From an uncultured Candidatus Peribacteria bacterium (GTDB lineage: Bacteria > Patescibacteriota > Gracilibacteria > Peribacterales > Peribacteraceae): 64,000 nucleotides of DNA. Below are positions 25,937 to 35,709 of this stretch, piece by piece (position 1 is the first letter of the stretch; every line of letters starts with the position of its first letter). The stretch covers positions 152,688-216,687 of the forward strand of contig CAZLVC010000001.1 of the NCBI GenBank assembly GCA_964562885.1, in the 5' to 3' direction. The translations under genes and the position numbers were made by a program. The notes under the pieces are model-generated. The model searched no databases. It was given only the letters and a program-made list of their open reading frames with translations, and had not been told where the DNA came from.

Positions 25937-26926
25937 TTATGAGAGACGTCGAGTGCTTAGAGTATTCGTGCGTAGCTGATCTTCCATTTCGCGTTGTGTG
26001 AGTAGCCCTGCTTGTGCACCAATCGAACCGACAACACTTGTGGCATTAAGTGTACCAGCAATGAGGCTTTCAGACAATGTTTTTCCTGTTGCAAGTGCCC
26101 AGGTGACGCCCGTGCCAAAAGCATCGCCTGCACCAGTTACTTCCACTACTTTTGCATTCGCTTGAGTAGGACAATGGAATATTCCTTCATCGTTCATTGC
26201 TATCACTCCGTTTTTTCCGTCTGTAATACATATGGTATGTACCCCTGCATCTCGCAGTATTTGTAATGCGTCTTCCACATTGTGTGCCTTGGTAAATTGA
26301 AGCGCTTCTTCTTTATTCAGCAGAAGCACCGTTGTCATTGCGAGTAATTTTTTTTTATCGGGATGATGCATTCCTGCATCTATTTGGCAACCACCTGGGT
26401 TCCAGGTGAGTCGAATATTTTTAAGTTCAGCAATGGTGCTTAAAATATCATCTTCAATCATGCATGATGTTTCGCAAAGATGGTTCAGATACACAACATT
26501 TGCATTTTGGAGAGCTCCTTTATCAAACGTGGTGTCGTGCAGGTGTTCGTTGGCACCCGATGAATACAGAATAGTGCGTTCTCCGTTACTCAGCGAGAGA
26601 ATGATGGAGAAGCTACTTGTTTCATCCTCCACAATTGTCAACGCGGATGTATCCACACTTTCTTTCTGTAGCGTGCTTAAGAGCATTTCTCCCCACTGAT
26701 CTGATCCTATCACACCACAAAAGGAAGCATGGAACCCTAGCCTTGATAGTCCAACAGATGTATTTGCTGCACCTCCCCCAGCTGCTTCAACACAATGTTC
26801 GACTCGAATTTTACCTCCCGAAGGAAGATGAAGATATTTCTGATCGGTGTTCATCTCTGGTAGGCGCAAAAAAACGTCGTATGTTGCACCTCCGATTGAA
26901 AGTGAAAGGATGGAGCTTTTGTTCAT
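25937..26926 (-). CDS. PfkB-family carbohydrate kinase
   Basis: GGGAANTSVGLSRLG and TGAGDAF signature motifs. Confidence 0.9.
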   Translation of the reverse strand: MNKSSILSLSIGGATYDVFLRLPEMNTDQKYLHLPSGGKIRVEHCVEAAGGGAANTSVGLSRLGFHASFCGVIGSDQWGEMLLSTLQKESVDTSALTIVEDETSSFSIILSLSNGERTILYSSGANEHLHDTTFDKGALQNANVVYLNHLCETSCMIEDDILSTIAELKNIRLTWNPGGCQIDAGMHHPDKKKLLAMTTVLLLNKEEALQFTKAHNVEDALQILRDAGVHTICITDGKNGVIAMNDEGIFHCPTQANAKVVEVTGAGDAFGTGVTWALATGKTLSESLIAGTLNATSVVGSIGAQAGLLTQREMEDQLRTNTLSTRRLS

Positions 26927-26950
26927 AAGTACAAGAGAACAGTGAATGAT

Positions 26951-29401
26951 TTAGATGTTTTTTTTCATTGCGACCAAAAATGCAAGAGTTTTTTGTTGCA
27001 TGCGTCGGTGTTGGATCCACAGGAATGTTGCGATAAAACCTGTGAGAAGTGTCACCAGGAGCACAAATGATGAAACACCACTTTGAATGCTCGTTCGTAC
27101 GATAGTAGGGGGGTAGTTTGGTGCGCCTCCATGGAGACTTGAAGGGGGGGTGGTATTTTTTTGAAGCAATTCTGTTGGCGCAGCTTCGTATGCACCAAGG
27201 ACAAACCCACTTCCTGTTGGGGTTGCCTCTACGGTTGTTTCAAGATCTTTGATGGTTTTACCTCCTAGTGCAATAGGTGTAAGACGGAAGAGGTAACGAA
27301 TACCTGGAAGTAAATCGTGCATGGTTGCGGAAGTCGCTTGACCGTTGATGATTCTCTTTTCATTGAGTGTCGTGATATCCGTTCCATACTCTACAGTGTA
27401 TTGGAGTAAGGGGAGATCAGGGATAGGTACCCATGTTAACAGTACGGATGCTTTACCTGGAATCGCGGATACCTGAAGGCCAATTGATTCGGCTTTTGCA
27501 GGGTCGCTTTTTTCAGGGCTTTCGTCACCATCTTCATTTATTGCAGTGAGAGAAAATAGGTACGTTTTCCCTACCGGAAGATCTTTCAGCGTTGCAGATG
27601 ATGTAGAGCTTTTCGTTTCAAGGCTGTAGAGGTAATTATTTGGGTCTGACTCGGTGGATACATAAATTTTATACTGTGCGATAGGAATACTGTGGATCGG
27701 TGTCCACGTGAGTGCTACTTGGTTCGCATGAGCTTTTGCTTCCACCCCTTCAACACGTGGGACTTTTTTTGGTTTGACGGTCCATTTCATGAGCGTGGTT
27801 GATTCTTGATCGAGTGCATCTTTAATGTTGACACTGACGTCATACTGACCTTCCGTATTTGGCGCTGTAATGAGCCCGATGTACATTCCGGCACCCGATT
27901 CAGTGAGGACAGATACTTGATTAAGAATCGTTGCAGTCACAGAAGTTAATTTCGCCTCCGATTGTACCCGAACAATGGCCGTTTCCGTTGTTTTTCCTTC
28001 ACTTGGATCGATGGAGATTGTCTCTATTGTTGGTGGTTCGTTATCGATGAACAGATGAACAGGTTCGGATTCATACGTTCCATTCTCGCTTTCTGCAAAT
28101 AGTGTGACTTCTCTGTTTTCGGGGTCCAATGGAACATTGATTCTAAAAACACCTTCGGCATCGCTTTCGCCTTCAACAGTACTTGCTCCCCCTTTCACAG
28201 AAATATTAATGAGACTTGGTGCTTTGCCTTGAATGGTCACGAAATTTCCTCCTTTAATTTTACTGCGATCCGGCGGGTCGATAATCATCATTTTACCTTT
28301 TAAACTTGCTTCATCACGTTCCACATTAAGGATAATGGTACCTTGAATTGTAGGGTCTAGGAGGTCGGTAATGGTAATGGTTTGTGTCCCTTTGTTCCGT
28401 AGTACAAAGGCGAGGGGGACCTTGCGTTCCCCTTGATCAATATTTCGTACGTCAATTCTTCCAGCCATGGGATTTTTAGGATCATCACCTTTTTTTGGGA
28501 GCTCTGCATCTGGGTCGCTGGTTGTAACGATGAGGGTTCCAATGTATCCACGTACAATGGAAGTGCCTCGCATGGCGCGAATGGTCATACTAAACAATTC
28601 GTTAGCCTTAACCGATGTAGCATTGTTAGGAAGAAAAACTTCGAAGTGGTCGACACTTGCGTTCAGGCCTGCATCAGCACTGAGAGACGTTGGTGAAAAA
28701 GCCGAAGGATCTTGCGCCAGGACCGTTCTGTCGCCACCAATGGCTGCTGAAAGGAACGATGTCCGTTCTCCTATAGTAACTTGCGCCCTCATTTTCATTT
28801 GCTTTCCGCCGATGACATCAAACGTTGTAAGCGTCATGATGCCATTTTCAAGTGGGTGTACCGACCAGATGAATCGTCCCTGTTCGTCCGTCTGACCCGA
28901 TTTTGCACGAATTTCGTCGGTTGTTCTACTGCTAATGAGTGCGATGGGCCTCCCTACGATTGGGTTATCGAATTTATCTCGTAGTATTGCCGTGACGGTC
29001 ACAAGGCTTTGCTGATCGTCCGGAATACTATTTGGCGATGCAATAAGCTGAGAATGAGTATCGTCTGGTGTATCTGGCAGAACGGAAAACTGAGATTGTT
29101 GACTGAGTGCATGAACCGTGTACGTCCCTGCGCGCATTGTCACCTTAGAGGGCACAAGTGTCATTGCATTACCATTTGCATCGGTGACTATTTTTTGTTG
29201 ATACGATGAGTTACCAGGACCAAGAATTGAAATATCAATACTTTGAGAAGCGTTGCATCCCCGCATGATAATTTCAGTTCCTAGTCCTGCAACGGTATCT
29301 TGTCCTGAGACAAAGCAAGTGGATGCCCCCAGAGCTTGTACTGGCAAAAATTGAATACTTAGTATTGCCAATGAAAGTAGTGTGGTACGCATCGAGGACA
29401 T
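26951..29401 (-). CDS. Large cell-surface protein with Ig-like (Big_1-type) and fibronectin type III repeats
   Basis: Signal peptide, invasin-like Ig repeats (VTVTAILRDKFDNPIVGRPI), two FN3-like repeats (VALTWTPI...YKIYVS; LLTWVPIP...YTVEYG) and a C-terminal TM anchor. Confidence 0.85.
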   Translation of the reverse strand: MSSMRTTLLSLAILSIQFLPVQALGASTCFVSGQDTVAGLGTEIIMRGCNASQSIDISILGPGNSSYQQKIVTDANGNAMTLVPSKVTMRAGTYTVHALSQQSQFSVLPDTPDDTHSQLIASPNSIPDDQQSLVTVTAILRDKFDNPIVGRPIALISSRTTDEIRAKSGQTDEQGRFIWSVHPLENGIMTLTTFDVIGGKQMKMRAQVTIGERTSFLSAAIGGDRTVLAQDPSAFSPTSLSADAGLNASVDHFEVFLPNNATSVKANELFSMTIRAMRGTSIVRGYIGTLIVTTSDPDAELPKKGDDPKNPMAGRIDVRNIDQGERKVPLAFVLRNKGTQTITITDLLDPTIQGTIILNVERDEASLKGKMMIIDPPDRSKIKGGNFVTIQGKAPSLINISVKGGASTVEGESDAEGVFRINVPLDPENREVTLFAESENGTYESEPVHLFIDNEPPTIETISIDPSEGKTTETAIVRVQSEAKLTSVTATILNQVSVLTESGAGMYIGLITAPNTEGQYDVSVNIKDALDQESTTLMKWTVKPKKVPRVEGVEAKAHANQVALTWTPIHSIPIAQYKIYVSTESDPNNYLYSLETKSSTSSATLKDLPVGKTYLFSLTAINEDGDESPEKSDPAKAESIGLQVSAIPGKASVLLTWVPIPDLPLLQYTVEYGTDITTLNEKRIINGQATSATMHDLLPGIRYLFRLTPIALGGKTIKDLETTVEATPTGSGFVLGAYEAAPTELLQKNTTPPSSLHGGAPNYPPTIVRTSIQSGVSSFVLLVTLLTGFIATFLWIQHRRMQQKTLAFLVAMKKNI

Positions 29402-29585
29402 ATTTCAGCTTATTATAGCAAAAATACCATCATTCTCCCATGTATGGACATAGTGCTATCTTTCAACTATGTCATACTGTCAACCTCAAGTTGTGTATGG
29501 AATGTGTAGCGATTTTTCACGCTTCAGTGTACCTTTGGTCTCGTTTCTTGTTTTGATATTTTTTTAAAACGTCTTGAGGATTTTT

Positions 29586-29660
29586 GGTGCCGTCGCCAAG
29601 CAGTAAGGCAGGGGTCTGCAAAACCCCCATGCGCGGGTGCAATTCCCGCCGGCACCTCCA
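29586..29660 (+). tRNA. tRNA-Cys (GCA), CCA encoded
   Basis: The cloverleaf folds by hand: acceptor GGTGCCG/CGGCACC, anticodon arm GGGGT-CTGCAAA-ACCCC, T arm GCGGG-TGCAATT-CCCGC, discriminator T. The T-loop is noncanonical. Confidence 0.85.
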
Positions 29661-29679
29661 TTTTTAAGAGTATTTTTTG

Positions 29680-29919
29680 TTATTCAGACTGCTTTCTTTT
29701 TTTCAGATGAATGATTTCATCGAACAGTTCGGCATCTGCAAATGTAAGGTGTGTATTTGTTCGTAAAAATTTTTCAAGCGCATCACGTAGTCCCTCACTC
29801 ATTTTTTTTAGAGTGTTCGCACGTACTTCCTCAGGTAAAGCTAGCAATGTCTTTCGTGCAACCAGTATTTGACTCTCTACATCTTTTTGCCAAGATTTTC
29901 TTTCAAGAAAGCGTAGCAT
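29680..29919 (-). CDS. Hypothetical small protein
   Basis: 79-aa ORF, predicted helical, no motif. Confidence 0.45.
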   Translation of the reverse strand: MLRFLERKSWQKDVESQILVARKTLLALPEEVRANTLKKMSEGLRDALEKFLRTNTHLTFADAELFDEIIHLKKRKQSE

Positions 29920-29945
29920 ACATTCGTTGGTACTCTAAAATTAGC

Positions 29946-30524
29946 TTATTCCTCTGTTTGCGTCGAAGGGTCAATAAATGTCGCGCTCTCTAAAATCAAT
30001 TTTACTTCGGCTGCCTCGGTTTCACTGATGCTCAAAGGAAAAGATCCAGTAAATGTGTACCCTATTTTTTTTGATACTCCAGATACTTGATAGTAACGGC
30101 GAGACGGCTGGTCCGGGCTTGGCCTCGCACTAAAGACATGGAGCGAAACTTCTTCGCTATCAACCGTGATTGTCTGCTTATCAATCAATTGATAGTCGGC
30201 TAATGCCGACACTGCGAGCATGCTTGCCGCGCTATAGTCTTTCATCTTCATCTCTTCTGTGAGTGGTTCGCTGGTAATAGTGACCGTATCAATTTGACCA
30301 GCATGAGGAATATCCGATTGAAACGCAGCAATCGTTTCCTGTGGAATTCCAAGTGTTTGCATCGACTCTTTACTAAGCACATGCCATCCAGCAGGTAAGC
30401 ATACGCCTACTGATCCATTCCAGTATTGCTGTGTACAGACGACAGTTTTTTTAGATGTGCTAGAGCTGCAAGCAGTACAGAGTACAACAGCCATGAGAAC
30501 GAATGTAAAGCGAGTGTGTTTCAT
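29946..30524 (-). CDS. Secreted or lipoprotein-like hypothetical protein
   Basis: N-terminal signal sequence with Cys residues (MAVVLCTACSSS). Confidence 0.65.
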   Translation of the reverse strand: MKHTRFTFVLMAVVLCTACSSSTSKKTVVCTQQYWNGSVGVCLPAGWHVLSKESMQTLGIPQETIAAFQSDIPHAGQIDTVTITSEPLTEEMKMKDYSAASMLAVSALADYQLIDKQTITVDSEEVSLHVFSARPSPDQPSRRYYQVSGVSKKIGYTFTGSFPLSISETEAAEVKLILESATFIDPSTQTEE

Positions 30525-30706
30525 GCTGCTATCGTAGCATTGAGTTTTTTTGTCATGGAGCGAAATGAAAAAGATGCAAGGAAAAATAGTTTATGCTTTT
30601 ACTTCAGTTATCGTTACTTCTTCATCTGTGTTCAACGTAATATTGTCGATGACGTAAACTTCCCTTGCATTTTCGTAGGTTTTACACGTATACTCCGTAA
30701 AATCTC

Positions 30707-31786
30707 ATGAAAAAAACTGTTCAAAATTCCTCGGCAAAAAGTTCTCCAAAAAAAGATTATTGCATCGCAACAATTGGCAGTCATTCTGCGTTACAGATCT
30801 TAAAAGGAGCTCGTGATGAGGGGGTTCGGAACCTTGTCATTTGCAAGCGTGGAACTGAAAAGCCCTATGAGCATTTTGGCGTTGCTGATGAAATAATTCT
30901 CGTTGATTCGTGGGATGAGTGGGAGGAGAAGATTGAGCCAGAGCTGATCAAGCGCAATGCAATTGTTATTCCGCATGGTTCGTTTATCTCCTACATGGGA
31001 CACGATCGTGTCCAGTCGATGAAGGCGAAGTATTATGGTACAAAAGAAATTTTAGAATGGGAGAGCAACAGAAAAATGGAACGTGTATGGCTAGAAGATG
31101 CGAAATTACTCTTACCTCGTGTCTTTGAACGCCCTGAAGATATCGATGGCCCTGTGATTGTAAAATTCCACGGTGCTGGTGGAGGCTTTGGCTATTTTGT
31201 CGTCCGGACACCTGAACAGTTTTACGAAGTAAAAAACCGTAAGTATCCTGATGATAACGATTTTACAATTCAGGAATACATTGTTGGCGTACCGCTCTAT
31301 ATACACTATTTTTATTCTCCTATTACCAATGAGCTTGAAATCATGAGTTTTGACAAGCGTTACGAAAGTAATGCCGATTCTATCGGACGCATAAAAGCAG
31401 AAGATCAACTCGCTGCAAAAATTCACACCAGCTATACCATTGTTGGCAACATTCCCTTAGTTGTACGCGAATCGATGCTCCCTGAATTTTTTGAGATGGG
31501 TGAACGAGTCGTGGAAGCAAGTCGTAAACTCTTTAATACAAAAACAAAGGAGAAGCTTCACAAAGGTCTTTTTGGTCCCTTTTGTCTTGAAACGATCGTT
31601 ACTCGTAAGTTGCAGGTTTTTGTTTTTGAAATTAGTGCGCGCATTGTTGCAGGTACAAATCCATTTATCGAAGGGTCACCCTATACTGCATTAAAGTATG
31701 GCGAACCCATGAGTACCGGTCGTCGTATTGCTCGTGATATTAAGCAGGCTATTGAACAGGGTAGATTAGATGAAATTCTGGGGTAA
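30707..31786 (+). CDS. purP: Archaeal-type FAICAR synthetase (PurP, ATP-grasp, formate-dependent)
   Basis: IATIGSHSALQILKGA..., VIVKFHGAGGGFGYF, YIHYFYSP, FDKRYESN and GPFCLE closely match my memory of Methanocaldococcus PurP. A TTGCAT-18-TATACT promoter-like site lies upstream. Confidence 0.82.
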   Translation: MKKTVQNSSAKSSPKKDYCIATIGSHSALQILKGARDEGVRNLVICKRGTEKPYEHFGVADEIILVDSWDEWEEKIEPELIKRNAIVIPHGSFISYMGHDRVQSMKAKYYGTKEILEWESNRKMERVWLEDAKLLLPRVFERPEDIDGPVIVKFHGAGGGFGYFVVRTPEQFYEVKNRKYPDDNDFTIQEYIVGVPLYIHYFYSPITNELEIMSFDKRYESNADSIGRIKAEDQLAAKIHTSYTIVGNIPLVVRESMLPEFFEMGERVVEASRKLFNTKTKEKLHKGLFGPFCLETIVTRKLQVFVFEISARIVAGTNPFIEGSPYTALKYGEPMSTGRRIARDIKQAIEQGRLDEILG

Positions 31787-31846
31787 GATGTCAACACGCT
31801 CTCAATCATTCCGTGTTACTTTTTGAAAATTTCTCCTTTTCTCTTT

Positions 31847-32980
31847 ATGGACATTTCATCCATTCTAAAGCAGTACGATCAGCAAAAATTAACGATTGGA
31901 GTTTTAGGTGGTCATAGTGGTTTGGATGTTTGCCATGGAGCCAAGCAGTTCGATTTTCGTACCGTTGCAATTGCCCGCAAAGGCAGGGAAAAAACGTACG
32001 ATCGTTACTATAAAATGAAGGGCGAGCGCGGATGCATTGACGACGTTATTGTTGTTGAGAATTTTCAGGATGTTTTACGTAAAGACGTTCAAGAGAAGCT
32101 CAAAAAAATGAATACAATATTTGTTCATAACAGATATTTTTGGGTGTATTTTGATGATTTTAGTCAGGTCGAACATAGTTTTGAACTTCCTATTTTTGGT
32201 TCGAGAACATTATTGAAGTTAGAAGAAAGAGATCAGCCCTTTACTCAGTATGATTTACTAAGAAAAGCTGGAATTCGGACTCCGAAAATTTTTTCAAGCG
32301 CTAAAGATATCGATCGTCCGGTGCTCGTAAAAGCAGCGGAAGCTACTCGTAGTTACGAGCGCGCGTTTTTTCTTGCAACAAGCGAGCAGGATTACGAAGC
32401 AAAGGGGCAACAGTTGCATGCTGCAGGAAAGGTGTCGGACGACTGGCGAAGTGCGACAATAGAGGAGTTTGTCGTTGGAGCTCCTGTTAATTTTAACTTC
32501 TTCTACTCTCCGTTACTTGGTGAACTGGAATTACTTGGTACCGATACGCGTCGTCAAACGAATTTAGATGGTTTTTTACGTATGACGAGTGATCAGCAAG
32601 TTTTAGCTCTGCAATCAGTCCCGCTCAAAATGATCGAAACAGGACATATCGCGTGCACAGTGAAAGAATCGATACTGGAAAAAGCATTTGAATTAGGAGA
32701 AAAATTTGTTACTGCCTGTAAACAATTACCAAAGGAACTTGACCCAAGTGGCAAAGGAATTATTGGTCCTTTTGCATTGCAAGGCGCTGTTGTTGCGGAG
32801 GAGGGGAAGGAAGACATTGTTATTTTTGATGTTTCACTGCGTATTCCGGGTTCCCCAGGTACATCAGCCACTCCATATTCTGGTTACTTGTACGGCTCAT
32901 CGATGAGTGTTGGTGAGCGCGTTGCCATGGAAATAAGTAATGCCGTAGCACAAAAAAGATTGGAAGAAGTTGTGACGTAG
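31847..32980 (+). CDS. Divergent PurP-like ATP-grasp paralog
   Basis: Same architecture as the adjacent purP (GVLGGHSGLDVCHGA, NFNFFYSP, GTDTRRQTN, GPFALQ) but clearly diverged. The ATG at 31847 is preferred as the start. Confidence 0.75.
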   Translation: MDISSILKQYDQQKLTIGVLGGHSGLDVCHGAKQFDFRTVAIARKGREKTYDRYYKMKGERGCIDDVIVVENFQDVLRKDVQEKLKKMNTIFVHNRYFWVYFDDFSQVEHSFELPIFGSRTLLKLEERDQPFTQYDLLRKAGIRTPKIFSSAKDIDRPVLVKAAEATRSYERAFFLATSEQDYEAKGQQLHAAGKVSDDWRSATIEEFVVGAPVNFNFFYSPLLGELELLGTDTRRQTNLDGFLRMTSDQQVLALQSVPLKMIETGHIACTVKESILEKAFELGEKFVTACKQLPKELDPSGKGIIGPFALQGAVVAEEGKEDIVIFDVSLRIPGSPGTSATPYSGYLYGSSMSVGERVAMEISNAVAQKRLEEVVT

Positions 32981-33017
32981 GGGCATGATGAAAAAGCATT
33001 GATTTTGTATATGTATT

Positions 33018-33093
33018 TGGTGGAGCTGAGGAGACTCGAACTCCTGACCCTCTGGTTGCAAACCAGATGCTCTACCAGCTGAGCTACAGCCCC
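33018..33093 (-). tRNA. tRNA-Ala (UGC), CCA encoded
   Basis: The reverse complement GGGGCTGTAGCTCAGCTGGTAGAGCATCTGGTTTGCAACCAGAGGGTCAGGAGTTCGAGTCTCCTCAGCTCCACCA folds canonically. The G3:U70 identity pair is present. Confidence 0.95.
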
Positions 33094-33171
33094 ACATATA
33101 GGGTTACGTACTGGATATTACCGATCGATTCTACTGACATTCTAACAATTTCTCAATATCTAGTTTTAAAT

Positions 33172-33408
33172 TTACGAAGCGTTGTTTTGAAAGAGATTAA
33201 TAATGGGAGAAAAGAGAAAGTGAGTAGTGCCCGTCATGGTTGCGACGCTCCAGAAAAAGCCGAAAATAGCACAGATGAGAAGGACGTTATAAATGCCCCC
33301 AACTTTGCTTGCCCACTCGGGTTGTCCAATGGCGTCACCTACACCTTCACGGTATTTAATAAGGAGTATTGAGCACGCGATGCCAAAAATACCTAAAACG
33401 AACTGCAT
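33172..33408 (-). CDS. Small membrane protein, hypothetical
   Basis: 78-aa ORF with 2-3 hydrophobic spans. Confidence 0.5.
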   Translation of the reverse strand: MQFVLGIFGIACSILLIKYREGVGDAIGQPEWASKVGGIYNVLLICAIFGFFWSVATMTGTTHFLFSPIINLFQNNAS

Positions 33409-33432
33409 ACGAGAAGTAGAAAAAACGAAGAC

Positions 33433-33750
33433 TTAAAGCGCTGCGTCCAGCTTAGCAGATACATCTGCGCCTGAATGTACTCCGATGAATGTATCTATTG
33501 CTGTTCCGTTTTTAAAAAGTATGAATGTTGGAATACTCATCACACTGAATTTGCCTGGTGTTTCCTGATTTTCATCAACATTCATTTTGACAAAAGTTAC
33601 TTTTCCTTCGTACTTTTTTGCTAATTCCTCAATAACAGGGAGCATCGCTTTGCAAGGACCGCACCAAGGAGCCCAAAAGTCTACAAGTACAGGGATAGAA
33701 GATTGTAGAACTTTTGTGTCAAAGTCTGCGTCAGTTATTGAGGTTGGCAT
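33433..33750 (-). CDS. trxA: Thioredoxin
   Basis: WAPWCGPCK active site, 105 aa. Confidence 0.95.
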   Translation of the reverse strand: MPTSITDADFDTKVLQSSIPVLVDFWAPWCGPCKAMLPVIEELAKKYEGKVTFVKMNVDENQETPGKFSVMSIPTFILFKNGTAIDTFIGVHSGADVSAKLDAAL

Positions 33751-33824
33751 GAGAAATGGGGAAAGAAATGATGACTATTTTAGTCTAACAGCTTACTCTG
33801 AAATTTGAAATTTTATCTCAATAT

Positions 33825-35102
33825 TTACTGCCCCTTACTTAAAATTCCTTTGGTAATTTGTTTGCCAATTTCAACTGCAGGTTGTCCGTAGATATCAATA
33901 CGATAGAGCTTGCCCAGATACACTAATTCCGCCATGAAGAGAAAAAAGAGTTGTCCTAAATGGAATTCGTCTAATCGCTGAATGCTAATGGTTACTTGTG
34001 GACGTTTTGCAGAAGTAAGAGCCTGACTTGTGCCTTCGTAGCACGCATCCAGCAGTTGTCCGAATGATTTTCCGCCAATGTATGCAAATGCATCAGGGAT
34101 TGAATTTGGCACTTGTAACCTTGGTCGCTCAACTTCTTTTAAAAAGAGATGCCAACCTTTTCGTGGTCCTGCCATCCATTGTTGCAATAGTGAGTGTTGA
34201 TCTTGCGTACCAATCGCTGCAACTGGAATGGGGTTCATCCCCTCAGTTTTCCCTAAGCTTTCGGCAAGTAATTGCTGTTCCCACCGAGCAAGCGAGAGCA
34301 TTCTGTCGCCGTAGGGCATGATGATGCGTAGTGGGTAATTTCGTTTGGTATCCAACAAATACTGCACAGCTGCAAGTGATGCAGCAGGGTTTTTATCGAG
34401 CATTGTTTCCTGGCAAAATGTGTCCATTTCTTTCGCTCCTCGCATGAATTGATTTAAATCGCCACCGAGAAGGCTCAGCGCAAGTAAGCCCACTGGAGTA
34501 AAAATGGAAAACCGTCCACCAACGTTATGGGGTAACGAAAGAGCATGGAGGCGATTTGTTTTTGCAAACGCACGTAGCGGACCTCCTTCAGGATCAGTAA
34601 TAGCAATTACTCTGCTTCCAATTTGTGTCTTCACGTGTTCGGCTAGTTTTTCGTAGCAGGCAAAAAATGCTGCCATTGTTTCAAGTGTACTTCCAGATTT
34701 ACTGACTACAACAATCAGGGCGTTCTTCCAGTTAATCATGTCTAAATGCATCCCAAGCGTTGCAGGATCAATGGTATCGATCACGACAAAGGCAGGCGTT
34801 TTTGTACTTTCAAACGCTTCTTGAATGACGCGTGGCCCAAGCCCTGAGCCTCCGATGCCAATCCAGACTATTGTTTGAATATTCTCTGTCTTTACTTGTG
34901 CAACGAGGGCAGTAACGTCTTTCACCATTTCTTTATCGTACGGATTCATGGACCAGGCATGCATTCCTTTTTCACGTTCTGCTAGCCAATCTTCAGTATA
35001 TCTTCTAATTTGTGTTCGTATACTGGCAATTTCACTATCGGGGATGCCATAGCTTGGTGTAATTACTTTTGCCAATGTTCCTTTTGTGTCGATGGTGAGC
35101 AT
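33825..35102 (-). CDS. pgi: Glucose-6-phosphate isomerase
   Basis: SIS-domain motifs (IGIGGSGLGPR, VVSKSGSTLET) and conserved C-terminal residues. The start at 35102 avoids overlap with ruvA. Confidence 0.9.
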   Translation of the reverse strand: MLTIDTKGTLAKVITPSYGIPDSEIASIRTQIRRYTEDWLAEREKGMHAWSMNPYDKEMVKDVTALVAQVKTENIQTIVWIGIGGSGLGPRVIQEAFESTKTPAFVVIDTIDPATLGMHLDMINWKNALIVVVSKSGSTLETMAAFFACYEKLAEHVKTQIGSRVIAITDPEGGPLRAFAKTNRLHALSLPHNVGGRFSIFTPVGLLALSLLGGDLNQFMRGAKEMDTFCQETMLDKNPAASLAAVQYLLDTKRNYPLRIIMPYGDRMLSLARWEQQLLAESLGKTEGMNPIPVAAIGTQDQHSLLQQWMAGPRKGWHLFLKEVERPRLQVPNSIPDAFAYIGGKSFGQLLDACYEGTSQALTSAKRPQVTISIQRLDEFHLGQLFFLFMAELVYLGKLYRIDIYGQPAVEIGKQITKGILSKGQ

Positions 35103-35124
35103 GGAAAGTAGGTGAATCTTCAGC

Positions 35125-35709
35125 TTAAATCGATCGAAGTGCGGCCGCAAGACGATCTTCGGTTTTTGTAAGATTTTCTGGAATATTTTTAAGGGCAGAA
35201 AGTGCAGTTTTTCGGTCGTATCCTAAGGAAAGAAGTGCTTCCACTTCTTCATCGTCTCTTCTTGCTGCTCCTGATATTTTTTTGTCTGATTGCATCATTG
35301 CCCATTCGGGGTGTCTTTCCAATAATTGACCTAAGTCGACCAATAACTTTTCCGCAGTTTTTTTACCTATTCCTTTAATTGACGAAAGTGTCGTAGCATC
35401 TTTTTGGCTTGCAGCAGCAAAAAGAACATTGCGTGGAACCGAGCATAATTCCATCGCACTTTTTGGGCCAATACCTGCAATATTCATGAGTGCCACAAAA
35501 AGAGCCCTATCATCGTTACTCTTGAATCCAAACAAATCCAATCGATCTTCCCGGACGAGCGTATAAATGACGAGTGTTTTTGCTTCTCCTTCACTTAATG
35601 TTTCGTAGAACGGTGCTGTGACTGTTACGATGTATCCTACTCCTCCTACTGTGACAACAACTTGCGGAATATCGAGCCTCTGAACCGTACCATGAAGTGA
35701 GTAAATCAT
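35125..35709 (-). CDS. ruvA: Holliday junction branch migration protein RuvA
   Basis: OB-fold N-terminus, HhH motifs (IAGIGPKSA, IKGIGKKTAEK) and C-terminal domain III. Confidence 0.93.
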   Translation of the reverse strand: MIYSLHGTVQRLDIPQVVVTVGGVGYIVTVTAPFYETLSEGEAKTLVIYTLVREDRLDLFGFKSNDDRALFVALMNIAGIGPKSAMELCSVPRNVLFAAASQKDATTLSSIKGIGKKTAEKLLVDLGQLLERHPEWAMMQSDKKISGAARRDDEEVEALLSLGYDRKTALSALKNIPENLTKTEDRLAAALRSI

